The notes beneath the pieces were generated by a model that had not been told where the DNA came from, searched no databases, and saw only the letters and a program-made list of their open reading frames with translations. From positions 5,084,001 to 5,148,000 of the forward strand of contig OZ241833.1 of NCBI GenBank assembly GCA_965202585.1: a stretch of 64,000 nucleotides of DNA, given 5' to 3'. The position numbers and the translations under genes were made by a program. Below are positions 63,284 to 64,000 of the stretch, in pieces. This DNA comes from Thalia democratica. Taxonomy: Eukaryota. How positions within the stretch are numbered: the first letter of the stretch is position 1; each line of letters begins with the position of its first letter.

Positions 63284-63573
63284 CAGAGTTGCCACTTGTT
63301 ATTTCCAAATTTTTTTCAGGTTTTTAAAAGTACACATTTTTGGGGCTATTTTTAATTTAAAGTCAAGTTTAAGGTAAGAAAACTATGTAAAATAGTATAA
63401 AAACATTAAAAAGATACTGTAACAGTACTTTAATTTTTTTTATAAAATAAATTTTGATGATGAAATTTTTTTTTATCTATGCAATAGATTTTTGTGTCGA
63501 ATTGAAATTTTACTACTGAACATATTAAAACTGCTAAAAATTCCAGGTTTTTCCAGGTCAAGTGGCAACCCTG
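63284..63573. mobile_element. MITE, CAGGGTTGCCAC-terminal family, inserted into another repeat
   Basis: cagagttgccac / gtggcaaccctg with a perfect 6-bp TSD tagaga. Confidence 0.92.
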
Positions 63574-64000
63574 TAGAGACCCTAAACTTTCAGGAAACGT
63601 TCCTTTTATAGTTTAAAAGACTTTAGATGTTTAGATTTTAAAAAAATTTAAAAATAAAAATTTTACGAAGAAAAAATAGGTGGTTTTTTTTAATAAAAAT
63701 TCTATTTTTTTATTATAAAAAAAAAACCTTGCATTCAATCTTTTTAAAATTTAATAATAGACTTTCTTTAAAAACTTGAAGAAGATTGCTTAAAAAATAA
63801 AGGAGATAGATTTGTAGTGAAATGGTCTTTTTTTGCAATTTTAGTTTGTGTCTTCCCTAAGGAACCTATTGAGGTCACGGACTTTTATTGCTCATATCTC
63901 AAAAACTACTTTGAATTTTTTCAAGCAATTAAAATGTCTGATAGCTCAGTCAACACTAAATAAAATAAGATCAACTTGTAAAAATCAAGGTTGACCTCCT

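Overview
Very AT-rich genomic DNA with GT-AG introns, so eukaryotic and most likely an invertebrate animal (taxon not determinable). I assembled four spliced genes by hand using splice-phase consistency. (1) FAF1/UBXN3A on the minus strand (62784->43728, 15 exons, about 677 aa; UBA-UBL-UBL-UAS-coiled coil-UBX). (2) An orphan gene of about 870 aa on the minus strand (29396->19322, 16 exons), acidic and disordered, with an FxGF motif and two tandem repeat blocks. (3) A gene on the minus strand (15670->9434) encoding an apparent PFU ubiquitin-binding domain, one transmembrane helix and a Lys/Glu repeat tail, an architecture I do not recognise. (4) A small secreted 10-Cys protein on the plus strand (4761->7380, 3 exons). 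The rest is dominated by non-autonomous DNA transposons (CAGGGTT-ended MITEs with 6-7 bp target duplications, hAT, Tc1/pogo, Mutator/Merlin-like, foldback), decayed Penelope-like retroelements with hammerhead-like cores, and an 8-copy structured dispersed repeat of about 130-150 bp. I found no rRNA, tRNA or CRISPR. All calls are by eye; no database search was run.
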